A stretch of DNA of 64,000 nucleotides from Podarcis bocagei (Eukaryota), in assembly GCA_964188305.1 (NCBI GenBank), contig OZ076897.1, one strand, 5' to 3'. Positions 48,455-60,853 of this stretch are shown here, piece after piece. The notes under the pieces were generated by a model that worked only from the letters and a program-made list of their open reading frames with translations, ran no database searches and had not been told where the DNA came from. Position numbers and translations under genes: made by a program. Position 1 is the stretch's first letter. Every line of letters begins with the position of its first letter.

Positions 48455-49506
48455 GTATGCACGTCTCCTCCTGTGGCTTTTCTGTAACACCCCCTCCCCA
48501 AAATCTGCCACCAGCACCAATAACCTCCCTCCTTGTTTGAGTCCCCCAGTTCTATGAGGGATGGGAAAAAACCCTGAAAGTGGGGAGCGTCGTCTGTGTT
48601 TCTGTTTCCTTCTACCCCAACATCCCTATTCTTTTCTACCTCTCACCCCGCAAGGCAATCCCCCCTCCTTAACAGTCACCCAGCCACTGGCAGAGGACAC
48701 GCCCCCAGAACGCACGCCACACCCCCGTGGGTGGTGTGCCACGCCCCTGGGGTGCACGTCACGGCCCCTGGGGGCTCCAGCCATGCCCCCACCTGCTCTC
48801 CGCCCCCGGTAGTGGAGCATGAAGCTTCGCCGCTGCACCCAGCTTTGTAGGGGCAGGGGACATGTTTCAGGAAAGGACCACGTCCGCATGTGTGTGCTGT
48901 GCTGTGTGTTTCTTGCTTTTCTTCCCACGATAACAAACTATTTCTGCTTGTGTTCTGAATCTTGTTTTGCCCTCCACCCCCAACCCATGTGCACACTAGT
49001 TTTGGGGAAGGCAGGCTGGGGCTGCAGAGCAGTGGCGTTGCTTGGGTTCCTGTTGGTTTGAAAGGGGCTTGTGCAGGAGAACTTCCTGCTCAGTTGTGTC
49101 TTGTGCATTTAGGGCTATTGTGTGTGTGTTATCACAATGATATCCCGTCTTTTCTACAGGGAGCTCAAGGTGGCATTCATGGTTCTCTCTCCCCCCCCAC
49201 CCTGCCGCCACCTCCCCATTCTATTCTCACAACCCTGCAGGTTGTGAGGCCATGACTGGCTCCCAAGGCCATACCCAATGAACCTCATAGCTGAGTGGTG
49301 GATCTGAAGTTGCCCCAGCCCTCTTGGTTTGTTTGAACATTATTCCTGTACTTCAGTTTTCTTCATTCTTCAAAATGGGGCAACCAGAGCTCTTTGCTTG
49401 ATTGCAAAGCCACACATTTAGGAGGAATCTAGGCACAGAAAAAAACAAAACATTGTGAAAACACTTTTAAAAAAAAAGTTTTGAAAAATATATTGAATTT
49501 GCCATA

Positions 49507-50074
49507 TGTGATGGCCTGGGAATCCGATTCAGAGGCTGAACCGGAGGAATCCCAGCCTGAACAGGAGTCCCCGCCTCCAGGGCCGGCTGAACTGGGGCAG
49601 GGCCTTGATTCTGAAGCGCCTGAACCTGTGCCGGATCCTCAGGAGCAGGCACCAGGTGAATCTACTCTGGCTCCGGAGGTGGTTGAGGACTCAACACCTA
49701 CAGGTGAGTCTCCCCCTGGGTCCAATAACCCTTCAGCCTCTCCTGAACTGCAGAGGCTCAGGGCAGAGAGGCGAAGGGAACTGGTTTCTCCCAGGAGGAG
49801 TGCTCGCCTTAAGGCCAGGAGAGGCGGGTCTCCTGGGGGCCGGGACTGCCCCTGGCCTCAGAGAAGATAAAGGCCAGTCAGCCTGGTCCCAGGTTGCGGG
49901 AGCAACGTCGTTGAAGAGCTGTTTCGGCCAGCACCCAGTCCTGTTCCTCGAGAGTTCCTGTCCTTGCCCGGCTCCTTGCTGTGGACCCCGCTTCGCCTGT
50001 GGAGGACTGTCTGCTGACCCTTGACTTAGGTCCTGGACATCGCCCCACGGTAACCTCCTCCCTGGACCAGCACA
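49507..50074 (+). repeat. 5' LTR of the Gypsy element
   Basis: TG...CA with 7/8-nt terminal inverted repeat; TATA-like GATAAA at 49866. Confidence 0.8.
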
Positions 50075-50137
50075 GTTTGCTCCCACCACACCCGCACTCC
50101 CCCTTTGTTGGGGTGCGTTTGGGAAGAGCCAGAGGCC

Positions 50138-50735
50138 ATGGCTGCACTGGTGGCATTAGCCCAGGAGAACCAGGCCTTGAACCACACCGTTCAGCAGCTA
50201 AGCGATGTGGTTACGACGCTTCAGCAGCGGTTGGACGCCCTACCAGCTCCTGGAGCCGACGCCCCAGCTCCAGGCAAGTACCCAGTGGCCTTGCCAGAGA
50301 AATTTGATGGGGACCTGGCCAGCTTTCCCATGTTCCTCGCCCAGGCCAAGTTGTATATTCAGCGGAGAGCCCGGAACTTCCCTGACGACCGCACCAAGGT
50401 GCACTCCTTGATCAGTTTGTTAAAGGACCAGGCGGCCAAGTGGGCTTTGCCACTGCTTCGGCAAGACTCTCCTTTGCTAACAGACTATGTGGGGTTTTGT
50501 AACCACTTAGAGGCTGCGTTCGGCAACCCTCTGAAGGAGAGCCAAGCCAATCGGGTGATTCGTCGGTTGAGACAGGACAAGTCCACAGCCACCACCTACA
50601 CCACAGAATTTCGGCTGTTGGCGCAGGACTTGTCTTGGAATGATGCTGCACTTCGGGACCAGTATCTTGAGGGACTGTCAGACGAGATACTGGATCAGTT
50701 GGCCACGATGGATCGTCCCACCACGCTGGACGCCT
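50138..50735 (+). pseudogene. Retrotransposon gag, N-terminal part
   Basis: MAALVALAQENQAL...LPEKFDGD...LSWNDAALRDQYLEGLSDEILDQL. Confidence 0.9.
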
Positions 50736-51511
50736 GGTACTCAGTGGGGAGCGTTGATGCAGCCTCCTCAGTGGGCGCGGCTGCTAGCATCTCGGACCGA
50801 GCATGAGGACATGGGTCTGGGAAATGCACAGTCCGATTGACCCAGTCAATCTGAACATTGTGAGCCTCCAGCCAGTCCATCCTGAGCACCAGGGGGAAAC
50901 GGGGCGTGGAGGCAATGTCCAAAATTCGCACCTCCCGGTGCTGCTGGAGACACAAGACCAAGGGCTGGGTCTCCCGAGTGATGGCACCTGAATGCAAGAG
51001 CTGTCCATCAATTGCCTCCACCTGTACCGGTTCTAGCTTGTTCTGAAGTGGCACCTGATGATGAGCAGCAAAGGCAGCGTCCATATAGGAGCGGGTTGCC
51101 CCCAAATCTACCAGAGCGTGGGTAAGAATACAGGGCCCACCTGGAGGGTAAAGACACACCGGAACCATGAGATGTCGCAATTCCACTGGTGTGGGCCCCT
51201 CTTGCATGGTTTGGGACCCCAGGTTGCCAGGCCTTTCGGCTACCGAGGTTGGCGGTTTCCCTGCGGCTGGCATCTTCTCGGGACAGGACCGGGTGTAATG
51301 TCCACTCCCACCGCAGTACAGACACAGATTCCCTTCCTGACGCCGCGTCTTCTCCGAGGGGGAGAGGCGAGGTCGCGCAGCCCCAAGCTGCGTTAGCTCG
51401 TCCGGCAACTCAGCTGTGACCGTGGACCTGCTGGGAACGACTGGAGCCAGGAGCTGGGAGTGCTGGCGGTCCCAGGCCTGGCGACGGTCCTCCAACCGAT
51501 CGTCTATCATG
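50736..51511 (-). pseudogene. Inverted gag C-terminus (CCHC knuckle) plus aspartic protease
   Basis: CLYCGGSGHYTRSC; ALVDLGAT; LVLRMDWL. Confidence 0.9.
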
Positions 51512-52690
51512 CTCGGTCCGAGATGCTAGCAGCCGCGCCCACTGAGGAGGCTGCATCAACGCTCCCCACTGAGTACCGGGACTACCAAGATGTGTTCGAG
51601 GAACGGGGGGCAGACCAGCTGCTGCCGCATTGGTCTTTTGACTGCGGAATAGACCTCCAGCCCGGAGCGTCCCTGCCGGTGAGTCGCTTATACTCTCTTA
51701 CAGAGCCAGAGCGCGAAGTGTTGCAGGACTTCCTGTGCAAGAACCTGGAGCGTGGGTTCATTCAGCCTTCTACCTCGCCTACCGCTGCGCCAGTGCTCTT
51801 CGTTAAGAAGAAATGTGGGGAGCTTCGCCTTTGCCATGATTACCAGGCCCTGAACAAAATTACCATCCCAGACCGGTACCCCTTGCCCTTTATTTTGGAG
51901 TTGCTGGAGCGGGTGCAAGGGGAGCAGGTGTTCACCAAGCTAGACCTCCGGGGGGCCTACAATTTAATTCGGATCTGAGCCGGGGATGAGTGGAAGACTG
52001 CATTCGGGACCCGGTATGGGCAGTTCGAATACCTGGTTATGCCCGTCGGATTGTGCAACGCGCCCGCGGTGTTCCAACGGTACATCAACCACGTGTTCCA
52101 GGACTTGCTAGACAAGTACGTGGTGGTGTACTTGGATGACATTCTGGTTTTCTCCCGTGACCCGGCTCACCACGAGGGTCATGTCCGGACCGTGCTGCAG
52201 CGTTTGCGGGAGCACCGCCTGTATGCGAAGCTCAGCAAGTGTGAGTTCCATCAGCGGTCAGTGGACTTCCTGGGTCACCGACTCTCTCCAGATGGGGTCA
52301 GATGGATCCCGGGAAGGTGGTAGCGGTTCGGGAGTGGGCGGCACCTCGGAACCGCAAGGACCTACAGCGATTCCTGGGGTTTGCCAACTATTACTGGACC
52401 TTTATTGCAGATTATGCTCATCATACCACCCCATTGACCAGTTCCGGATCCGCTACATCCCTAGCTCCCAAAACCAGAAGGCGGATGCCCTGTCCCGGAA
52501 AGCTGAAGACACCGCGGACATGGTACAGCAAGCAGTACCAACCACGATCCTACCACCGGCTGCATTCCTGGCCACTCAGGAGGCTGAGCCACTGCAGGCT
52601 CGGGTGCGGGAACAGCAGCGGGTCGACACTTGGGCCCAGGAACGACTTCAGGAACTGGCCAAAGGGTCATGCCCCCAGTCGCCTGTACAT
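51508..52690 (+). pseudogene. Pol RT with stop, frameshift and RNase H deletion
   Basis: TGA at 51976-51978; frame change near 52300. Confidence 0.9.
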
Positions 52691-54979
52691 TGAATAGACC
52701 AGGCTTCCTCAACCTCGGCCCTCCAGATGTTTTGAGGCTACAATTCCCATCATCCCTGACCACTGGTCCTGCTAGCTAGGGATCATGGGAGTTGTAGGCC
52801 ATAAACATCTGGAAGGACAAGGTTGAGGAAGCCTGGTCTACAACCTCCTGAGGGAGACTGTTCCACTGTCAAACAGCTCTTAACTGTCAGAAAGCTTTTC
52901 CTGATTCTGCCCAACCAAAGAAACAAACAATTTGGATAACTAAATTTGCATTCTTTTACTAATTTTCGGCATCAATGTCTGTTTTAACCAGCTTAGAGAA
53001 GTTTTGCCGTCTTAACAGCATGGTAATAAATGGACAGCTGGGAAAACAGGTCCACTTTAGTTTCAAAACCTATATTTTCCTCAAGATTATTTCATTACAA
53101 AGAGGTCTGTGGACATACAGCAGACATTTGAAAAAAGGGGAGAGTGCTTAAGCCCAGCTGAAACAAAACACAAGGAGGAATTAAATGCACTTTGTTTTTT
53201 CCAGATAATTTGTGCTTAATGTGATTTAGATTACATACTTGCTTCTAGGATGCTCATTGTTGCAGCTGCAACATGTTTGCAAAAGAGCTTCTTGCGCGAG
53301 CAGACCTCTCCACTAATTCGATAGCAAACACAGCTTTTCATGCGCAATGCTTCCCTAATGCGCAATTGCCATTCTTTTTAAACGAATGGAGGAGCTAGAG
53401 ATGCTGAATTCCATGTGGACTGAGGTGTTGGTCTTAAGTTCCTAAAGTAAAGTGGCGCTGAGGCCGGTTTTGCACTCAATAATATTTCCTTGTAGACTGT
53501 ACAAATTGGTCCTGCAACAAAATGTGGCTGTACATCCCCATCCCCTAAAAACTCCCTTTCAGAGCTCCAGTCAGCATGGATAGGAGGCTTGTGGTCTTGC
53601 TCAGGCTGTGTGTGAGCATGTGCAGACACACATGCGCACCTATGATTTCTGAGGGGCAAAGCAGGAAATAATACCTTTCTCCCCTACCCTCTAAGGATTT
53701 TATCTGCTGTACTATATAGTGTGAGATGGTTCAGGTTTGGTGCTGGCTGCCATAATATGTGTGTCTGTGTTGGGGGGGAGACCCCTGAAACCCAAGAAAT
53801 TAATGAATGTCAGAATCTAGTTAATATTTGGAGTATTGAAGAGAAGATTCCAGGCAGGTGGAGAAATACAGACTGCGTTTCCTTTCCAAGCCAGGGCCTC
53901 ACCCGGGATAGAGGTGTTAATATGACAAAATGAATCCTTGGGCTTGGGCAGACAGAGGTTGCCAAGGTGTTGAGGGGTGTTGCAGGGCTACCAACTTGAA
54001 TAAAATGAGGGCCCCAGGTAAGCCCCACCTCGCATAATCGATCACAAGACACAGTGCATGTGCACCATTTGAATGGCAATGTCCATCAACATAGGGAGGG
54101 GGGCAGCCCTTCAAATATTTTATTGGGGGGGCCGAAGGGACCTTGGCCTCTAGGAGATGGCTCCTATGGGTGGGTGGGAGAGGTAACAGGAGAAGAGTGT
54201 CATTAGCTGGGTGTGCTGGGAACAAGAAGGGAGGGCAAAGGCAGATCCATCTTGGGCAGGCTGGCTGAAGGCTGGCTGGGAGAGATGCCTTGGACTCCAG
54301 GGCTGCACTGCTGTGTGCAGAACCAGAAGGAGGCAAAGTCAGAGCAATAATTTGGCCACATGTGAGACCTTAATTATTTAATTAATTTGGTTTGCATTAG
54401 CTGTTCTCTCTCTATGCACATGAATGTGCCTTGTCAAACTGTTTGGAAACGATTGCTTGAGAGGATGATTTCAATCACAATTATAATTTCATGGGCTTTC
54501 TGGTGCGGAAAGATTCAATTACCTTTTTTTAATTTAGTGTTTATAAATAGGTGCTTTATAAAAACATATACTTACGGCACTAATATTAAGCATAATTGTG
54601 GGATTCAAGAACAATTTTTGCCCAATGTTTGTACCATGCTGTGGGAAACTGTGGTCATCCCGTAAGTGTGTATGGGGACCTTTTTTCAGCTTGAGGGACA
54701 CATTTCCTTCTGGGTGCCCTGCTAAGGGCAACATGGCAGAGCTGGGTGGAGCCAAGGGCAAATGTGCGCGGTGCAACGATCATTCATTTTGCCTTTGTAT
54801 GGCAGGCTAGTCTCTTTACACTGCCACACACCCTTTCCTACCCTTCATTGGGCCTAGCAAGCATCACTGTCAGAGTTCAATGAGTCCTAGGGTTGACATA
54901 AAATGTTTGGGAAAATCCGGACGTGTGGCAACCCATGTCGGTGGTGTCTTTTTTGGCTCAAAAACTTCCTCTTTTTTCA

Positions 54980-55495
54980 GTTGCTGCCACAACTGCTGCT
55001 CGTATTTTGTTAGCTAAAAAGTGGAAAACCCAAGAACTACCAAGATAGAAGAATGGCAGATGAAGATGATGGATTTTTCGAAGCTACCCAACCTAACCGG
55101 AAGAGTCTGCGACCAGAAGAAGGAGGAGTATCAGGAAGAATGGATTAAATTTAATGATTACTTAGTTAAATATGTTAAGTTAAATTAACTGAAAACAGCT
55201 TGCAGATACTTAATTGGCTTAGGATTTTATTTATGTTAAGTGATGAACTAATATGTTTAATTTCATAATGTGAAGATCTAAGGATGTTAATGTTTAAGTT
55301 AAATTTTATAAGAACTGTGATTTGGAAAACCATTAAAAGGATATGCAATGAAATTCAACCAAGGGGAAGCGAGGAAGTCACATAACAATGTTAATAAGTG
55401 TAATTTTCAATAAGGCTACGATTTATGTTTGTTTGTCTTATGTGTTTATTTGTTTATAATGTTGTGAAAACCAATAATATTTTTTTTGAAAAAAA
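54980..55495 (+). mobile_element. L1-type LINE ORF2 C-terminus and 3' UTR
   Basis: ATTAARILLAKKWKTQELP..EEWQMKMMDF..EEWIKFNDYL; AT-rich UTR ending in an A-run. Confidence 0.7.
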
Positions 55496-58399
55496 CACAA
55501 TAACTTCCTCTTTTTTGCCCCCCGAAAAGCTCAATGGCTATTTTAAATGGCACCCTAATCAACGGCACACTTCAGCCAGACAGTAGAACTGGGAGTGCAA
55601 AGCAAGACTATTGAGGGGTGTGGCCTGAGGAGAGGAGACTTGCAAAGGCCAGATGGAGAGGCATGCCACGGCGGGTCACATTTGGCCCCTGGTTGTGTGG
55701 TTCCCCACCCCTGTGAACAGGGAAGAGCAATAGAAAATAAGAGTTATAGATGAAACTTGTCTCCCACTTCTTAGGCCTCTGAATTAACAGTTAGGTTTTT
55801 CCTTTCCTTTCCTCTTTTTCTTTCACAATATTCAGTTACTGTAGTTTGTTGGCTGTGCAGGACTGGAGTTTGGGCTCCCCACATGCCTGAACCACTGAAA
55901 CATACCATTTCCATTCTTTCAATCCGCTACCAAGGAGAAGGGCTGTGGCTCAGCGGTGAAACATGTCCTTTGCCTGCAGAAGGTTCTGGGTTCCGAAATC
56001 CCAAAGAGATGCCTCCAGTCCATGTTGCTCGTGAGACCAACGGTTGACTCGGTTTTAGGCCAGGTTCCTATGATTGTTACTCAACATGCGGCCTATGAAC
56101 TTTGGGCATTGTTCCCTCTTACACAGCTGTAGGCTGATCGCTTTCCCTCAAGCAAATGGGAAAGCAATAAAGTTGCCATGCTTGCGGAACACCAATGCCT
56201 ACACAGCAACTCTGTCTTCTTGCTCCAGGCTTCGGGCCTATTCTTCAATAACTCAATTTGCTCCGCCATAAGAGCATTCTGATCGAGTGACAGGCCTCAT
56301 AGCTCCTCTAATACGAGGTCTTAAATATGCTTGCCCAAGAGTTCACCACAGAAATGGATGTCTTCGTCTACTTGATAAGAGTCTACGCGCCAAGAGGTTA
56401 GATTCACCTTGGTGAATGTGTATCAGGCAAATATAACAAATATCCAATGTCATGACCCTCCTGTTCCACATATTCAGCATGTCCTTGCGCTGTGAGTGGC
56501 CACAGTTCATGCCCAGAATATATAAACAGAGATTAAAGTGCCCTTTTTCGTCCTAAAGGTCAGCACCTTCCAAGGCTGCAGGTCGTATGGGAAAGAAAGT
56601 CGGCACAAAAGCCACCTGTGAAGCTGGGGCTGATTGTTGCTGAAAATATTGCAGGACATCTGGGAATTTGACACAGCTCAAAAACTTGTGATTATCTCTT
56701 AAAAGTTTTTGTAAAAGAAAACAACAACACACTGTGCTCAGGGATGGAGGAGGGAGTGTTGCTTTATATATGGCCAATGAATTACATTGTCATTAATATT
56801 GCAAGCCTTTTTCCTTCTTTTTTTTTACACTGGGAAAAAAAAATCCCTGCTTTATTTTAAGATTTTTTTTTAGTACAGTTTATTCTGAGATTCGGAAAAC
56901 ACAAGAGAGTCGGGCCTTCCAGACAAATGCATTTGCCTTGACTGAATGCATTTGCAATAGCTTTACGACAATGGCCTAGAGAATACTTGCAATTCACATT
57001 GGGCTTTTTTCTTTTTCCTTTTTCTTTTTACTGCTTGGAAAATGGACCTGGTTCACAGGCCTAATTCTCAGTTACCACACCTACTTTTTCTGCCCAGAGA
57101 GCGAACAGAATGAATGGGTCAATCACCTGACATATTTCCATCCNNNNNNNNNNNNNNNNNNNNNNNNNNNNNNNNNNNNNNNNNNNNNNNNNNNNNNNNN
57201 NNNNNNNNNNNNNNNNNNNNNNNNNNNNNNNNNNNNNNNNNNNNNNNNNNNNNNNNNNNNNNNNNNNNNNNNNNNNNNNNNNNNNNNNNNNNNNNNNNNN
57301 NNNNNNNNNNNNNNNNNNNNNNNNNNNNNNNNNNNNNNNCACCTTGGCAACTCACAGAAGGAACTTTTACTGTCTTTTCTGTCTTCAAGTTGAAAGGAAA
57401 GGAGGGAGAGGCGGAAAAACAAAAGAAAGAAACCACCCAAACAGGAGATAGTCTGTCATTAGTGAGGGGGAGCATTTTGCAAGTTCCTTTTTTGCTTCTG
57501 ATTAAGGCAAAAGTGTGGGTGTGGGAAAGGGAGCAAGGCCTGCTTCACACATGTCTGTCCATCACTTGATGGCCGAGTCTTCAGGTGGTGGCTTGCTTGT
57601 GTGAATGAGCCAGTTCATGCATGCAGTTGGGTCAAGTAACCCTGAGTAGCCAAGCGATAAATTTGCATTCATGAGCTGGCCTTGTTTCCAGAAGAATGCA
57701 TTATTGTATGAATTCTGTTTACAGTGTCGTTCTATTTTCATTGTCACGTCTGTTTTTCATGAAAGGACTGTCGCAACAAATGGGAGTAAATTCTACTAAA
57801 TCAATGGACTCTGAGGCAAATTTCATGTTGAACTTTGGTATAAAAAGTACCAGATTTAAATGGAAAAATGAGTTTGTGGTGCCAACAGCACACATGAGAT
57901 AAGGATGCTCTTCTAAATACACTGACTATAGAGTAAGTCTCATTAACTTAGATTTAATTCTGCATGTGGCCAGATTTCTCAGAGTTCTCTTAGGAAAGGA
58001 CCGAAACCCCTGCCTCTGTTTTGACTGCAAGGGAAGCCAGCAATTTCGCTCCGCTGGCAGTTGCTGTGCATGCAACGTGCCAACTAAGGTTGATTGTGTC
58101 TCAAAACCAAGTTCAAAATGTAAGGTGGGTATCGGCCTTTAGTCACAAATAAGCAAACTTAGAGCTGCCTTCCAAGAGTTGCTTCAGCAACTGTTGAAGA
58201 ATTTAGTTGTGGAGCGAGTCCTGACTGAATCCCATGGAAATGGGGCTGCCAGCCTTTTTGCTCCTGTAGGAAACCAATTCCCTTGAAAATGGCATGACAG
58301 AGAGGAGTAACAGGAGGAACTGCACTTCCGTGGTGGTTCTCTCTCTGCCTGTTACATTTCTGTTTGAAAGGCAATGGGGGTCTTGGAAGGAAAATGGCC

Positions 58400-59700
58400 A
58401 GTCCTGGGGTGGGTGGCAGTTGCGGCCTGTTGCTGGTGGGCCTTCAAGTCATTCCAGGCAAAAAATGGGTGGCTCCATGACCACCCAACTAACGAGTCAG
58501 ATGTGCTCCAATGCCTGGTGCACCTGAAGGAAAAGGGCCTGGCAAGAAAGACCACGATCTTACATCAATCTGGCATTACCAGAAAAAAGCCTGTCACCTG
58601 TGAGGCTCTGCAGTTTATCTGGGGAAAAAATGGCTGACATCCACTGGTCAAAATATGAGGTCAGGCTGCTCTGGGCATTCATTTTTGAATGCTGTGGTAA
58701 CCCTAGTGACTTTTCAGGTCATTCTTTTTGTGTTGGTGCCACAACCTCAGCCTTTGAATGTCAAAACGCACCAAAGCATTGGGCCGGTGGCGTCTGGAAG
58801 TCTACAAAGTATATGTTTGCCCCAGGCCTCGTCCACTCCACCGGTCTCTGTAACTCTTCTCTTTCAAGTTCCCCTTGCACATCTGGATTTGCGGCCATAG
58901 CATTGTATACTGGGCACGAATGCATGCAGGTGCAACACATTGGGATGTGCAACTGGATCTCCAGCCTAGAGTGAATTTCACCTGGATGGGACAGCGGGGT
59001 ATGCAGTAGGATGCCCTTATGTTGGAAGGCGAGATTGAGAAAGTGGCCCTCTGGATCTGTAGCTGGATGAGAATGACCTGGCCACCCAATAAAGTGTCAA
59101 TCTTGTCTTGACAGCAACCTCTGACCTGGAGAGACTGCATGCTGCACATCCAGGCACTGTCATCATATGGTCCAAGCTCAGCAGTCAGCAGTGGTGAGGC
59201 ACAAACAAAGCAGCCTGGATCAATCATGCCCTTGTGAAAATTAACAGGGCCTTACGACAAGCCATGGAGTGCCTTGGAGGCTGTGTTATTCAGCACCTGA
59301 ACATTAAATTTGGCTGATTGGACTTATTAAGACCTGATGGTGTGCACTTCTCACTTACAGGAAATGAGTGTTGGCTGAGGGATTTTCAGAGGGGCATTGA
59401 GGATTGGTTGCAGCTGTAGGTTGGTTTGGCAACTTTGCCATCTCGTGTGGCAGATAAAGCATTGGGTAGAATCCTTTTAGTCTAATCTCAGGCAGGGGTG
59501 AAGTGGTGCACCACCCCCACCTCAAAAGAGGTGCAATATTAGGGTATGCCATTGGGCGGATCTACAGTACTTGGACGTCTCTGTACAAAAGGCAAGGCAC
59601 GCTGCAGATGGGTCATAGAGCTCCCTACGGCGGCTTGGAAGGGCCACCCTGGTAGATGCGCAGCTTGTGGAGGACCCATAATCCCAGGCACAACCCTGTC
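58400..59700 (+). mobile_element. DIRS/Ngaro retrotransposon remnant: tyrosine recombinase plus SGNH hydrolase-like ORF
   Basis: WAFKSF..VLQCLVHLKEKGLARKT; FSGHSFCVGATTSA (~GHSFRIGAAT); GRWRLEVYKVYV; then IWICGHSIVYWA..WMGQRGMQ..ENDL..IIWS..DGVHFSLTGNECWL. Confidence 0.8.
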
Positions 59701-60853
59701 ATCTGTCATCCCTTCTCAGCCTCGAGGTGGAGGGCTGACACATGGCAGGGTTGTGCCTGGGATTATAGTAGAACCTAGCTATGAGTTGGTCAGTATAGGG
59801 GTTTTACTAGCCCCGTCTTTCTTAACCTTGGGTCTCCAGATGTTGTTGGACTGCAACGCCCATCATCCCTGACCACTGGGACTGCTAGCTAGGGATGATG
59901 GGAGTTGTGGTCGGGCAACATCTGGGGACTCAAGGTTAAGAAAGGATGCACCAGCAACATCCTAGAGAGCACCTTCTGAGAACACTAGTGATGCAATGAT
60001 TCTGGGGGGAAACCCAAACCCTTAGGCCAGGGCTTTTCCCTCAGATGCCATGGGGAGGGAGACTTCATGTTGCCCGGCAAGTGCTTAGCCTTCAGACATT
60101 GTCATGCTTTTGGGACTATCACTGCTTCTGCTCTTCCTGTTAAAGATTTAATCATTGAGGGTCTTGGAATGGAAGATGAGCCAGGAAGGGGATGGCTCCC
60201 TGGTTTCTTCAGGTGCCAAGAGGAAAATATTCTGCCAGCCTCCTGTCCATGGGTTCTCGCCAGGCTGTGATGACCTATGTGTACCTTAGTGAAGGAAACC
60301 CTGGAGAGCTGCTACCAATCAGTGTACACAATACTGAGCCGGATGAAATAATGCATGTATTCAGAGGAACCAAAGAGCACTCTCAAAATAGCAATCTGAT
60401 TGCTGAATTAGCAGATATTTGAAGCATCTCGAGAATGATTCAAATCAACCATTTTCTCTGTTTTTCTTCTTCTTTAAGAAACCTTATATTAATTCAAACC
60501 ATTGCTGAACAGCTCTTACAGTATGAAAGTTTCCTCTGCAGTTTAGTCAAAATCTACTTCCTTGAAATTTCCATGCATTTCCCAATGGCAGGCAGCAGAT
60601 AGAGGGTTGTTTCAGCTGTGACACCTAAACTATGGAATAATGTCCCATGAGGGGTTCATGAGCCTCTTCTTTGCTTGCTTTTAAATGGGCTTTTAAGACT
60701 ATTTTATTCAGGAGGGCGTTTTTTACTCAGAGCTTGAGATTTTTTATTTTTTATTTAGTTTGGTGTCTGATTTTTTAAAAACCATTATTGTTCCATTGTT
60801 CCATTTGTTGTATATTTTTTATTTTGTAAGCCACCTTAAATATTATTTACCAC

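Larger units (their letters stand above)
49507..52690 (+). mobile_element. Ty3/Gypsy (sushi/chromovirus-like, PEG10-related) LTR retrotransposon, rearranged and 3'-truncated
   Basis: 5' LTR 49507-50074 (TGTGATGG...CCAGCACA); gag from 50138 (PEKFDG, LRQ..YTTEFR); inverted CCHC/protease segment; RT (KLDLRGAY, YLDD); RNase H mostly deleted (only NQKADALSR remains). Confidence 0.95.

Noticed and set aside
50105-52693. Domesticated PEG10/RTL-like gene
   Set aside because: It has an LTR, an inversion, a stop, a frameshift and a deletion, so it is a decayed retrotransposon.
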